64,000 bases of DNA. Origin: Octopus vulgaris. Lineage: Eukaryota. Shown here one piece after another: positions 14,296 through 26,984 of this stretch; the first letter of the stretch is position 1; the number at the start of each line of letters is the position of its first letter. The stretch is taken from the NCBI GenBank assembly GCA_951406725.2, contig OX597817.1, forward strand, positions 70,618,001 to 70,682,000, written 5' to 3'. Below the pieces are notes generated by a model. The model had not been told where the DNA came from. It did no database searches and was given only the letters and a program-made list of their open reading frames with translations. A program made the position numbers and the translations under genes.

Positions 14296-14583
14296 TCGAC
14301 TTCCCTGTCGTTAGAGGACGAATGAGGGTAGGACAATTTCTTGCTGAACAACCACAGAAGATGATCTGTTTATAGTGATCAAATGTTTGTGTAGACATAA
14401 ACTCCCGCCCTCTATCAATCGACATTACCTGTACAGGTGCGACATGTCAGATGTTGAAATGATCGCAGAGCAACATGAAATGATGTGTTTTGCTCAAGAA
14501 CACAACGCAACACCCGGTCTGGGAATCGAACCCACGATCTCGCAATCGTGAGTGCAACACACTAACCACTAAGCCATGCGCCT

Positions 14584-14585
<2 letters not shown>
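14296..14585 (-). mobile_element. tRNA-derived SINE family D
   Basis: Minus-strand head ggcgcatggcttagtggttag...gggttcgattccc, then cttgagcaaaacac. Related to the older copy at 59724-60428. Confidence 0.8.
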
Positions 14586-14637
<52 letters not shown>

Positions 14638-14751
14638 GTCTGCCTGTCTGTCTGCCTGTCTATCTAGCTAGCTAGCTATCTTCATCTACATATATACACA
14701 TAGTATGCATGCATATATATATATATATATATATACACATAGTATGCATGC

Positions 14752-14784
<33 letters not shown>

Positions 14785-14793
14785 GTATGCATG

Positions 14794-14824
<31 letters not shown>

Positions 14825-14951
14825 ATATGTATATATATGTGTGTATGTATATGTGTGTATGTCCGTGTGTTTATATATATCTATATCTATATATATATAC
14901 ACACACACGCACATATGCATAGTATGTATGCATGTGTATACATGCAGATGG

Positions 14952-15048
<97 letters not shown>

Positions 15049-15133
15049 CGGAGCTAGTTTGCTAGATATACATATATATAATTATATATACATATGTGTG
15101 TGTACTAGGCGTATATTTCATTATATTATATAT

Positions 15134-15207
<74 letters not shown>

Positions 15208-15577
15208 TGTATATATATATATACCATACATTAATACACACTACACACGTAAATACATATACGCATACATTCCAAAGTTATTAAGACGATTCTATTCGGT
15301 TCTTCTTACCATTTATGTACCCGCATTAATTAAAAAACAGAATTCTTTCATCTTTAGGGCACAAATAATCTCCACCCATAAACCTTCCTTCTTCTTAACT
15401 AAATGTTAACCACAACAAGGTTCACCAAACCGTTTATTCTTCTTCACAAAAAACTATATGCCAACTTAAATGATGAATTCGTATTCTTAACCTGTATCTC
15501 TTAGCGAAGGATTCTTCGCATTAGCACCGAATTCCACTCAAGTTGAAATATTTACACCCACAGATATCACTACACTG

Positions 15578-15618
<41 letters not shown>

Positions 15619-16254
15619 TGTATGTATGTATGTATTTATGTATGTATGTATGTATGTATGTATGGATGGATGGATGGATGGATAGATGGTTGGATGGATG
15701 AATGTGTGTATGTATGAGTATATATACGTGTGTATATATGTATACACACACACACACATATACATACATATATATACATGTGCATTTATGTATGTATGTA
15801 TAAAAGAATGTATGTATGTATGAATGTATGGATGGATGGATGGATGGATGGATGGATGGATGGATGGATGGATGGATGGATGGATGGATGGATGGATGGA
15901 TAGATGGATGGATGTATGAATGTGTGTATGTATGAGTATATATACGTGTATATATATGTATACACACACACATATACATATATATATACACACATGTATA
16001 TATATATATGTATATATTAGAAGAAATGAGGTACTCAGAAGATCGGATGGTTTATATATATATATATATATATAATTATATGTACACATATATATATATA
16101 TATATAATTATATGTACACATATGCATATATAATTATATGTACACATATGCATAACACTCTATACATACATACATACATACATACATACATACATAATGC
16201 ATACATACATACATACATACATACATACATACATGTCTCTATATGTGTGTATGT

Positions 16255-16297
<43 letters not shown>

Positions 16298-16475
16298 ATA
16301 CTTTTCATAGGAATTTATGGAACCTAACACTGCAATATTTCATGTTGTCTCTACCTTTTCTGTTTAACATTATACGTTTAGTGATATCTCGCGGTATTTC
16401 ATACTGCTCTTTACGTTCCGAGTTCAAATCCTGTCGAGGTCAATACCCTTCCATCCTTTCGGATGGTATCTGCTT

Positions 16476-16890
16476 AGCGGCGAGCTGGCAGAAACGTTAG
16501 CACGCCGGGCGAAATGCTTAGCGGTATTTCGTGTGCCGCTACGTTGTGAGTTCAAATTCCGCCGAGGTCGACTTTGCCTTTCATCCTTTCGGGGTCGATT
16601 AAATAAGTACCAGTTACGCACTGGGGTCGATATAATCGACTTAATCCGTTTGTTTGTCCTTGTTTGTCCTCTCTGTGTTTAGACCCTTGTGGGTAGTAAA
16701 GAAATAGGTATTTCGCCTGCGTTACGTTGTGAGTTCAAATTCCGCCGAGGTCGACTTTGCCTTTCATCCTTTCGGGGTCGATAAACTAAATACCAGTTGC
16801 GCACTGGGGTCGATGTAATCGACTTAATACCTATGTCTGTCCTTGTTTGTCCCCTCTGTGTTTAGCCCCTTGTGGGTAATAAAGAAATAG
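16476..16890 (+). mobile_element. SINE family A, internally duplicated (dimeric body)
   Basis: One head, then the segment gtatttcg...taaagaaatag twice in tandem. Confidence 0.9.
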
Positions 16891-17174
16891 GTATCTGCTT
16901 AGCTCCTCCCCTCAGAAATTGCTAGTCTACTAAAATCCATTATGGATCCAATCGTATTTCACCTTAATTAACAACTTTAACGTTTTAATTATGCAACCAA
17001 ATTATAAAATATAATACGAATATTTTTTCCCATTCACGTTATTAATTAAATGTTAATTTTAGATAATTACATTAAATCGAAAAAGAAAAATATTTACTTG
17101 CTAATTCTAATCCCCCCAAACCTAACCAGTTCCACTTTTTCTAACATGGTGTGCGTGCGTGTGTATGTGTGTGT

Positions 17175-17206
<32 letters not shown>

Positions 17207-17214
17207 ATTTTATC

Positions 17215-17440
17215 TTTTTCCTGTTTCAGTCATTAGATTGCGGCCATGCTGGGGGCACCGTCTTGAAGAATTTTAGTCGAACGAATCAACCCCTATACAC
17301 TCGTTTTTTTTTTAGGGGGAGGGGGTTCTTTCTTTTTAAGCCTGGTACTTATCTATTGGTCACTCTTGCCGAACTGCTAAATACGAGGGACGTAAACACA
17401 CTAACACCGGTTATCAAGCGATGGTGGTGAGACACAGATA
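17215..17440 (-). mobile_element. SINE family B, 3' half
   Basis: tttcagtcattagattgcggccatgctgggggcacc...acttatctattggtc. Confidence 0.75.
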
Positions 17441-17546
17441 GATATATATGCACACATCTTTTGTGGGAGAAAGTGGTCTAAGTACACCTAGTTTATATTT
17501 CGTTACCAATATACTTTTCACCTATCTTTAAAGCAATACACGCGCG

Positions 17547-17600
<54 letters not shown>

Positions 17601-18104
17601 CGTCAAGCACAAACAGTCGCCCTTTCAGGTTCTCTTTACTTCTCCCAATTCAGGTTCTCTTTACTTCTCCCAATTTGGTAGATGGAAACTGTGTGAAAAT
17701 TCATTGGGTGTGTGTATGTGTGTGTTTGTTTTCCCTTCTCACTGCTTGACAAGCGGTGGTGGTTTGTTTACGGCCCCTTAAGTTAATGGTTCGGCAAAAG
17801 TGACAGAATAAGTACCAATTTACATTCTTTCTTTCTCATTTTCCGACAACACTGCACCTTTAAAATCGTGACTGCTTACATTTAAAATAAACATTTCCCA
17901 TGCATATTTATTCAATATTTATCAACTTCATCTATGTTTGTTATAATTAACAGCCACAGCGATTGTAACGCTAAAAGCAAAAATGAAAACAATTTTGCTG
18001 ATCTAACTAATACTTATCTTAAAGGCTGGGACATACTGGGACCTCGAGGGGACTGGGGGATTACTGGTAGTCTATGTTTGGTGCGGTGTATCTTTTATCT
18101 CTTA

Positions 18105-18470
18105 TTTTTTTTTCAGTCATTGGACTGCGACCATGCTGGGGCACCGATCTGAAGGAATTAGTCGAACAAATCGACCCCAGTACTTATTTTCAAGTTTGGT
18201 ACTTATTCTGTCACTTTTGCCGAACCATTAACTTAAGGGGCCGTAAACAAACCACCACCGCTTGTCAAGCAGTGAGAAGGGAAAACAAACACACACACAT
18301 ACACACACCCAATGAATTTTCACACAGTTTCCATCTACCAAATTTATTCGCAAGGTATTGGTTAGCATGAAGCTACAGTAGAAGACACTTGCCCGAGAAG
18401 CCATGCAACGGGACTGAACCCGAAACCACATGATTGCAAAGTGAACTTCTTAACCAGACAGCTATGCCTG
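18105..18470 (-). mobile_element. SINE family B, diverged, near full length
   Basis: Tail tttcagtcattggactgcgaccatgctgg through gggactgaacccg (B box on minus). Confidence 0.85.
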
Positions 18471-18663
18471 AGAACAATAAATAAATGAGACCACACTCAG
18501 TTATTGCTTTGATCGCGTGCCTCTAATGCTATTAGGAAGGCCCTGCTCCTAACAACTCAAAATCTTACAAAATACAAACTTGGCCATCCATCCCATTATA
18601 TTATTCCTCATAGAAATTCATTAAATTCCTTCACCGAAGTTTCAGAATAGCTGTCCCTTTCGA

Positions 18664-18957
18664 CACGATTTTGTCGGCGAGGGTAGGGTTCGTATTTTAA
18701 TAATCCCTGTGCTTCATAACAAGTGAAATTCTCCAGAGCTTCGATGTAGGACACAGTCCAATTTTTGGTCGGGGAACAGAAGTAACCCCCACATTTTTTA
18801 TTTTCTTTTTTTTTTCTGCAAGCGTCGTTCCATATGACACGATTCTCTTTTCTTCGTTAATTTAATTATTCCTGTATTTCATTACAACTGAAATTTACCA
18901 GAATTTCGATGTAGGGCACCGTCTAATTTTTAAGCGGAGAGTAGACTTATCCCCAAC
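18664..18957. repeat. Diverged tandem duplication, period about 174 bp
   Basis: cacgatt...gaaatt.ccaga..ttcgatgtagg.cac.gtc.aattttt appears twice. Confidence 0.65.
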
Positions 18958-19102
18958 GCCGCCTCTAATACAACCTCCAGAAAATCGTGTCACAGAGTAC
19001 AGCTAATCTCCACATCTTTCTCCCTTCTACCCCACCACCGACTCGTACATAGATTTTGCTCCAAATATATAATTATATTAATTTCTTCCATAAAATAATC
19101 AT

Positions 19103-19938
19103 TTCAAATTTTTATACAAGGTCATCAGCTTCGGCGAGGGGGCCTAGTCGATTACAGAGACCCCAGTATGCAACTGGTACTTAATTTATCGACCCCGAAA
19201 GGATGAAAGGCGAAACGATCTCGGCGGAATTTGAACTCAGAACGTAGCGGCAGACGAAATACCTATTTCTTTACTACCCACAAGGGGCTAAACACAGAGA
19301 GGACAAACAAGGACAGAGAAACGGATTAAGTCGATTATATCGACCCCAGGGCGTAACTGGTACTTATTTAATCGACCCCGAAAGGATGAAGAGTAAAGTC
19401 GACCTCGGCGGAATTTGAACTCAGAACGTAACGGCAGACGAAATACTGCTAAGCATTTCGCCCGGCGTGCTAACGATTCTGCCAGCTCACCGTTATAAAA
19501 TAGTAATAATCCTTTATACTGAAGGCACAAAACCCGAAGTTTTGGTGGTGGTGACTAATCGATCTTGTCGACTCCGGTGGTGAGGACTAATCGATTTTAT
19601 CGACTCCAGTGCGTAATGGGTACTTAATTTATCGACCCCGAAAGGGTGAAAGGCAAAGTCGACCTCGGTGGAATTTGAACACAGAACGTAATGGCAGACG
19701 AAATACGGCTACGCATTTCGCCCGGCGTGGTAACGTTTCTGCCAGCTCGCCGCTTAAATTTTTTGTGGGGAGAGGTAAATCGATTCTATTGACCCCACTG
19801 TTTCACAATTAATCGACCCCGAAACGATGAAAGGCAAAGTCGACCTCGGCGGAATTTGAACTCAGAACGTAGCGGCAGACGAAATACCGCTAAGGATTTA
19901 AGCTCGGCGTGCTAACGAGTCTGCCAGCTCGCCGCCTT
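19103..19938 (-). mobile_element. Cluster of three family A SINEs (dimer 19103-19492, then 19520-19753 and 19755-19938)
   Basis: Repeated atcgaccccgaaa.g.tgaa...cggcggaatttgaac...ctgccagctc.ccg. Confidence 0.9.
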
Positions 19939-20226
19939 CAAATAATAAGAACAATAAACGTAACAAACAATTTTATTGATCAGCATGCTGCTGGCATCGC
20001 AGTGTATCACTTTTAGATATAAACACAATTCCTTTCTAAATCTGTCCTTCACCTATCTTTGACCGATGCTAAAAATATAACACAGAAACACTACGCACGC
20101 GCAAAAGTCATGCCTACGCGCACTCACTCACGCACATACTCACATGCACAATCATACATGCATGCATGCATGCATACATACATACATACATGCATGCATA
20201 CATACATACGTACGTACGTACGCACA

Positions 20227-20258
<32 letters not shown>

Positions 20259-20441
20259 CACGCATGCCATTTCGAGAATTTCCCTGTTGCTTTCAATTAC
20301 ATTTTCTCACTCAGCCAGCTATAATTTCCCCCACCCCACCCCACCCCCATTAATTCTGCTACGTGCTACTACATATACTTCTATTGTATCTACACCCACC
20401 TCCCTCAACACTTTTAGAATCTCTTCAGCACTCTGCTAGTA

Positions 20442-20630
20442 CAGTTGAGAATCTCTAATCCGAAATTCCCGGGACCGAAAAGTATTGCGGATTTCGGTGA
20501 ATTTTTATGTTTGCATAAAATGGGACCGCTTGGATGATGGGACCCAAATCTAATCACAATATCCATTTACATTTCATAATACGTATACTCAAAAAGTAGT
20601 TTTATATAAATTTTTAATAACATTTTGTTT
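20442..20630 (+). mobile_element. Tigger/MER46-like DNA transposon end
   Basis: TA|CAGTTGAGAATCTCTAATCCGAAAT...GGGACC...CGGATTTCGG...GATGGGACCCAAATCTAA, which resembles the Tigger4/MER46 left end as recalled from memory. Confidence 0.55.
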
Positions 20631-20784
20631 ACACATGGCGATGTGGTAAATAGTTCGCTTTCCAACAATGTGGTTCCGGGTTCAGTTCCACTGCGCGACA
20701 TATCTTACAAAAGTAGCTTCAGTTTTGGCAGACGGAAACTGAAGAAGCTCGTCGTGTGTGTGTGTGTGTATGGATAGATAGATA

Positions 20785-20836
<52 letters not shown>

Positions 20837-20920
20837 AATATTATATATATATATATATATATACATATACATAAATATTATATATATATACATTATATAT
20901 TATGACATATATATATATGC

Positions 20921-20978
<58 letters not shown>

Positions 20979-20982
20979 CATA

Positions 20983-21143
20983 CAGGAGTGGCTGTGTGGT
21001 AAGTAGCTTGCTAACCAACCACATGGTTCCAGGTTCAGTCCCACTGCGTGGCATCTTGGGCAAGTGTCTTCTACTATAGCCCCGGGCCGACCAATGCCTT
21101 GTGAGTGGATTTGGTAGACGGAAACTGAAAGAAGCCTGTCGTA

Positions 21144-21200
<57 letters not shown>

Positions 21201-21398
21201 TTGTGTGTCTGTGTTTGTCCGCCTAGCATTGCTTGACAACCGATGCTGGTGTGTTTACGTCCCCGTCACTTAGCGGTTCGGCAAAAGAGACCGATAGAAT
21301 AAGTACTGGGCTTACAAAGAATAAGTCCCGGGGTCGATTTGCTCGACTAAAGGCGGTGCTCCAGCATGGCCGCAGTCAAATGACAAACAAGTAAAAGA

Positions 21399-21400
<2 letters not shown>
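20983..21400 (+). mobile_element. SINE family B, full length and young
   Basis: A box gtggctgtgtgg, B box ggttcagtccc, CORE-like tcttgggcaagtgtctt, internal (TA)n(TG)n and tail ggcggtgctccagcatggccgcagtcaaatgac. Confidence 0.92.
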
Positions 21401-21467
<67 letters not shown>

Positions 21468-21489
21468 GAAGGCTAGCTAGCTAGCTAGC

Positions 21490-21531
<42 letters not shown>

Positions 21532-21532
21532 T

Positions 21533-21790
21533 ACGCAGGAGTGGCTGTATAAGAAGCTTAGTTCCAAACCACATGGTTCCGGGCTCAGTCCCACTGCGCG
21601 GCATCTTGTATGTGTGTGTGTGTATGTGTATTTGTGTATCTGTCCCCCACCATTAGCGGTTCGGCGGGAGGAGTGGATAGAATAAGTACTACGCTTACAA
21701 AGAACAAGTCCTGGAGTCGATTTGTTCAACTAAAGGCGATGCTCTAGCATGGCCGCAGTCAAATGACTGAAACAAGTAAAAGAATAAAAG
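21533..21790 (+). mobile_element. SINE family B, internally deleted
   Basis: Head and tail present, middle missing. Confidence 0.8.
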
Positions 21791-21803
21791 AACATATATA
21801 TAT

Positions 21804-21851
<48 letters not shown>

Positions 21852-22150
21852 GAGTGAGTAGATAAACGAAAGAAGGGCACTCAACACATTTACTGGAAGT
21901 TACATGTTTAGACCAAAACAGTTTGATACACACTCCATAGTACTCTGAGTTTCAAGCGTGTGGGGTCTGAACATATATATATATATATATATAAAATAAT
22001 AGTTATCGCCATACTAATATGGCATTCTTATAAAAATAAGAAAAAAGCTGTCCGCTTATTAGCTCCATGAGGCCATCGCCTTAAGTTAGCTATTTGATAC
22101 ACAAACTGTATCCATATAACCTTCGAACAAGGGAGGTCAGTCGCTCCACA

Positions 22151-22221
22151 CTACTTGACCGGCAGCTACAGACGCGTTTCGGGGTATTGCCCCTTTTCAA
22201 TGCAGCGTAGCCAGCCAGTAG
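22151..22221 (-). ncRNA. Type I hammerhead ribozyme motif (inverted arm)
   Basis: Reverse complement of the motif at 22850-22920. Confidence 0.75.
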
Positions 22222-22849
22222 GTGTCGCTTCCGACAATCTCTGTTCGATGGTTTTATTTACCTAGTTTCAGTGGAATACATCCACTTGTTTTCAATAATA
22301 GAAATATTAAAATAACTAAGTCTCTCTAAAAGAGAACAGCGGCAGCGTTCCCGGAAAATAATAGTTATCGCCATACTAATATGTCATTCTTATAAAAATA
22401 AGAAAAAAGCTGTCCGCTTATTAGCTCCATGAGGCCATCGCCTTAAGTTAGCTATTTGATACACAAACTGTATCCATATAACCTTCGAACAAGGGAGGTC
22501 AGTCGCTCCACACTAGGGGCAATACCCCGAAACGCGTCTGTAGCTGCCGGTCAAGTAGTGTGGAGCGACTGACCTCCCTTGTTCGAAGGTTATATGGATA
22601 CAGTTTGTGTATCAAATAGCTAACTTAAGGTGATGGCCTCATGGAGCTAATAAGCGGACAGCTTTTTTCTTATTTTTATAAGAATGCCATATTAGTATGG
22701 CGATAACTATTATTTTCCGGGAACGCTGCCGCTGTTCTCTTTTAGAGAGACTTAGTTATTTTAATATTTCTATTATTGAAAACAAGTGGATGTATTCCAC
22801 TGAAACTAGGTAAATAAAACCATCGAACAGAGATTGTCGGAAGCGACAC

Positions 22850-22920
22850 CTACTGGCTGGCTACGCTGCATTGAAAAGGGGCAATACCCCGAAACGCGTC
22901 TGTAGCTGCCGGTCAAGTAG
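22850..22920 (+). ncRNA. Type I hammerhead ribozyme motif
   Basis: Stem I GCUGCA/UGUAGC (extends to CUACUGGCUGGC/GCCGGUCAAGUAG), core UUGAAAA, stem II GGGG-CAAUA-CCCC, GAAA, stem III palindrome ACGCGU, and a GUC site ending at 22900. Confidence 0.78.
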
Positions 22921-23211
22921 TATGGAGCGACTGACCTCCCTTGTTCGAAGGTTATATGGATACAGTTTGCGTATCAAATAGCTAACTTAAGGCGATGGCC
23001 TCATGGAGCTAATAAGCGGACAGCTTTTTTCTTATTTTTATAAGAATGCCATATTAGTATGGCGATAACTATTATTTTCCGGGAACGCTGCCGCTGTTCT
23101 CTTTTAGAGAGACTTAGTTATTTTAATATTTCTATTATTGAAAACAAGTGGATGTATTCCACTGAAACTAGGTAAATAAAACCATCGAACAGAGATTGTC
23201 GGAAGCGACAC

Positions 23212-23282
23212 CTACTGGCTGGCTACGCTGCATTGAAAAGGGGCAATACCCCGAAACGCGTCTGTAGCTGCCGGTCAAGTAG
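23212..23282 (+). ncRNA. Type I hammerhead ribozyme motif (next unit)
   Basis: Same motif. Predicted cleavage after 23262. Confidence 0.78.
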
Positions 23283-23573
23283 TGTGGAGCGACTGACCTC
23301 CCTTGTTCGAAGGTTATATGGATACAGTTTGTGTATCAAATAGCTAACTTAAGGCGATGGCCTCATGGAGCTAATAAGCGGACAGCTTTTTTCTTATTTT
23401 TATAAGAATGCCATATTAGTATGGCGATAACTATTATTTTCCGGGAACGCTGCCGCTGTTCTCTTTTAGAGAGACTTAGTTATTTTAATATTTCTATTAT
23501 TGAAAACAAGTGGATGTATTCCACTGAAACTAGGTAAATAAAACCATCGAACAGAGATTGTCGGAAGCGACAC

Positions 23574-23644
23574 CTACTGGCTGGCTACGCTGCATTGAAA
23601 AGGGGCAATACCCCGAAACGCGTCTGTAGCTGCCGGTCAAGTAG
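23574..23644 (+). ncRNA. Type I hammerhead ribozyme motif (next unit)
   Basis: Same motif. Predicted cleavage after 23624. Confidence 0.78.
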
Positions 23645-23855
23645 TGTGGAGCGACTGACCTCCCTTGTTCGAAGGTTATATGGATACAGTTTGTGTATCA
23701 AATAGCTAACTTAAGGCGATGGCCTCATGTAGCTAATAAGCGGACAGCTTTTTCTTATTTTTATAAGAATGCCATATTAGTATGGCGATAGCTATTATTT
23801 TCCGGGAACGCTGCCGCTGTTCTCTTTTAGAGAGACTTAGTTATTTTAATATTTC

Positions 23856-23889
<34 letters not shown>

Positions 23890-24975
23890 GTTTGTGTCTG
23901 TCTGAGTTCCTCCCACCAACCGCTTGACAACTGGTGTTGGTGTGTTTTTTCTAGCGGTTCGCCCAAAGAACCGATACAGTGAATACGGGGGACGATTCGT
24001 TCGACTAAAACAAAACTCTTCAGGCAGTGCAGCCTCATGACCGTAGTCTAATGAACAAAAGTGCTAACGCTTCTGCCAGCTCACCGCCTTTTACCCTCAG
24101 AAAGGTAAGCTATCGGTCTCCACCAACGATATCATGTTTTGCTTAAAAGGTTAAAGTACTCGTACTCCACTTTTACTTTAATTTTTATTATACAGTTATT
24201 ATTAGAGCACTGAACATGATTACGGATAACTGAAATAAAAACTAAAAAATATATATATGCGTGTCTTTGTGTCTATATTCGTCCTCCGCCACTCCTTGTC
24301 AAACGGTGCTGATATGTTATGTCCCCGTAACTTAGAGGTTCGGCAAAAGAGTTTGATAGAATAAGTAACCAGGCTTTAAAAAAGTTCTGGAGTCGATTCA
24401 TTCGACTAAAAAATTCTCCAAGGCGGTACCCCAGCTTGGTCAAAAGAAGGAAAAGAAAAATAATAGTGATGACGCTTGTCATATTGGTTTCAAATTTTGG
24501 AACTGGGCCAGCAATTTCGTGGGGATGGTGTCTAAGTCGAACACCTCCCCACGAAACGATAAAAGGCAAAGCCGACACAGGCGGTGTTTGAACTCAGATT
24601 GTTAAGTCGGAAGAAATGCTACTAAACACTTTTTCCGGTGCGGTAACGAGTTTCTACTCTGGGCACAAGGCCCGAAATTTTGGGAGAGGAGGCCAGTCGA
24701 TTAGATCGACTCCAGTACACAACTGGTATTTAATTTATCGACTCCGAAAGGATGAAAGACAAAGTCGACCTCGGCGGAATTTGAACTCAGAACGTAAAGA
24801 CCGCTAAGCATTTCGCCCGGCGTGCTAATGTTTCTGCCAACTCGCCGCCTTGTTGCTTGTCATATGACACTCATACGAAAGCGGCGAGCTGGCAGAATCG
24901 TTAGCACGCCGGGCAAAATGTTTAGCGGTTACGTTTTGAGTTCAAATTCCGCCGAGGTCGACTTCGCTTTTCATC
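23890..24975. mobile_element. Cluster of partial SINEs (family B 23890-24060 and 24262-24440; family A minus 24490-24650 and 24655-24851; family A plus 24880-24975)
   Basis: Diagnostic family segments in each interval. Confidence 0.75.
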
Positions 24976-26138
24976 TGACAGAAATGTAAACGTTTAACTT
25001 TCATTCTGCTACACAGTTTGATGAAGACATCACATTCTGAAACTCAGCTTATTATTATTATAACATTTTTTAATGATTACAAAAAATGTGTGCACTTATA
25101 CAATTTGTATTAAGCCTTTGTCCAAAGCATTGTCATAAGTTTGTCCTAAGCATCCATGCATGTTTTCAGACTTTTAGTTAGCCTTCATTTCATATTTTCT
25201 GAGTAATATAAAGTTTTCCTTTCATAAGTTACATGTTACTCTGGTGGTTGAAAACAAAAATGAGAATGTGTATTATATATGATGCATGAAACCAGGAAAA
25301 AACATCTTGTGCATTACTTGTAATACACAGGACGAGCAAAGAGTTAGGTTCGTTATCAAAAATTCTTTCAATTCAGCCTAAACGTGGTAATCTAATTAAA
25401 AGTTCAGTTCGCAGGCCGCGTTTCGGGATTAACATGCAGTTTAGTGACGGATTCGGTGGGTGGGTTAAAAATAAAATGGAAGTAAGTTGACCGGAAGTGA
25501 CGACAGTGATACTGCATAATTTCATAAAAAGAACACGAAGAGAACTGGTAAAATCTTTTAATTTTATTAACAGAACACTCTCATTATGTCACGTCTGCAG
25601 CCAAGGATTTATCTCCTTGCTAGCTATATAAACAAGCGTGCATTTTTGCATCAAAAACCAATATGAGAGTTTCTCTCGTGGTATCTAGCGCAGTATAGTT
25701 TGTTCTAACAGTGAAATTTATCCCCGTTTAAGTGGGGATAAATATCACTTCTCGGTTTTAATACAGCCTCTTTTGCTAATACATATTCTTTAGAAACAGC
25801 ATTTGAAGTGCACCATTCAAACGTAATATACCCCGTAACGAATACCACTGCGAATGCAATACGGTAGCTTACATGTCGACACATGATAAACAGTACTATT
25901 ACGTGTGAGCAATGCAAATTACCCCGCACAACTTCTGAGTTATACGCAAAGAACTGATGGGAGTGGGTGGTGTTTTTCCTGTTGATTCACAAACAGATTG
26001 TTTACATGAAATTGTCAGAATTCACTGTCGTCGATCCTGGTCAATTTCTTCTCATTTTTTTAAAACCCATAAGGTGCATGTCAACTCGTTACGTTTCGGA
26101 TTTAGTCTCACATGGATAAAACTGTGTGTATGTGTGTT

Positions 26139-26203
<65 letters not shown>

Positions 26204-26206
26204 TAG

Positions 26207-26505
26207 TAGAGACACATGGACTAGTGGTTAGAGCAGCGGACTCGCGGTCGAGGCATCGCGGGTTCGAATCTCAGACCATGCGATGTGTGTGTTTATGAGC
26301 GAAACACCTAAGCTCCACGCGGCTCCGGCACAAGGTAATGGTGAACTTCTGCTGACTCTTTCTCTACAACTTTCGCGCACTCTTTCCTCCTGCATCTTGC
26401 AGCTCACCTGCGACGGACCGGCGTCCCGTTCAGGTGGGGAACCTATACGCCAAGGAAACCGGGAAACCGGCCCTTATGAGCCAGGTATAGCTCGAAAAGG
26501 AACAA
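26207..26505 (+). mobile_element. tRNA-derived SINE: family C head with a V-domain-like tail
   Basis: tggactagtggttagagcagcggactcgcgg...gggttcgaatctc...cctgcgacggaccggcgtcccgttcagg. Confidence 0.85.
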
Positions 26506-26520
26506 ACTATTTGTGCGTGC

Positions 26521-26557
<37 letters not shown>

Positions 26558-26984
26558 CGGGCGCGCAAACGTTGTGTGACCAACGGTTTCGAGCTTGGCT
26601 GCAGCAAGATCCTACTTTCGCTCCAAGTGCGTGGCATCTTGGGTAATGGTAGTTTTCCACAACCTCATGTCGACCCAAGCTTGTGACTGAAATTGGATAG
26701 ACAGAATCAATGCAGAAGACGGTCGAGTGGTTGCACCTGTAATTCAAAAGCTATAGCCTTGATGCATACTGATTCTGCCCGATAATTACGTTAAGAGTAC
26801 ACACGTCTGTGGAATACCCAGCCACTGACACGTTAATTCAATGGGAAGGTTGTTCTGTTGATCGAACAGCAGAACACTCTCGTCGAACAATGGAGATCCA
26901 ATACACACGTGAATGTATGCACATGTGCAGGTATGTGCATGTGCAGGTGCATGTGCACGTGTGTGTGGATAGAGTGGATCCTGT

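Larger units (their letters stand above)
21993..23860. mobile_element. 362-bp hammerhead-bearing tandem array with an inverted arm (retrozyme / Penelope pLTR-like)
   Basis: ggggcaatacccc recurs at 22516, 22878, 23240 and 23602 (period 362). 21993-22515 is about 1.45 units in the opposite orientation. Flanked by (TA)n. Confidence 0.9.

Noticed and set aside
25380-26110. Non-repetitive stretch with short ORFs, a possible exon or DNA transposon
   Set aside because: No recognisable protein motif, splice-site pair or terminal repeats.
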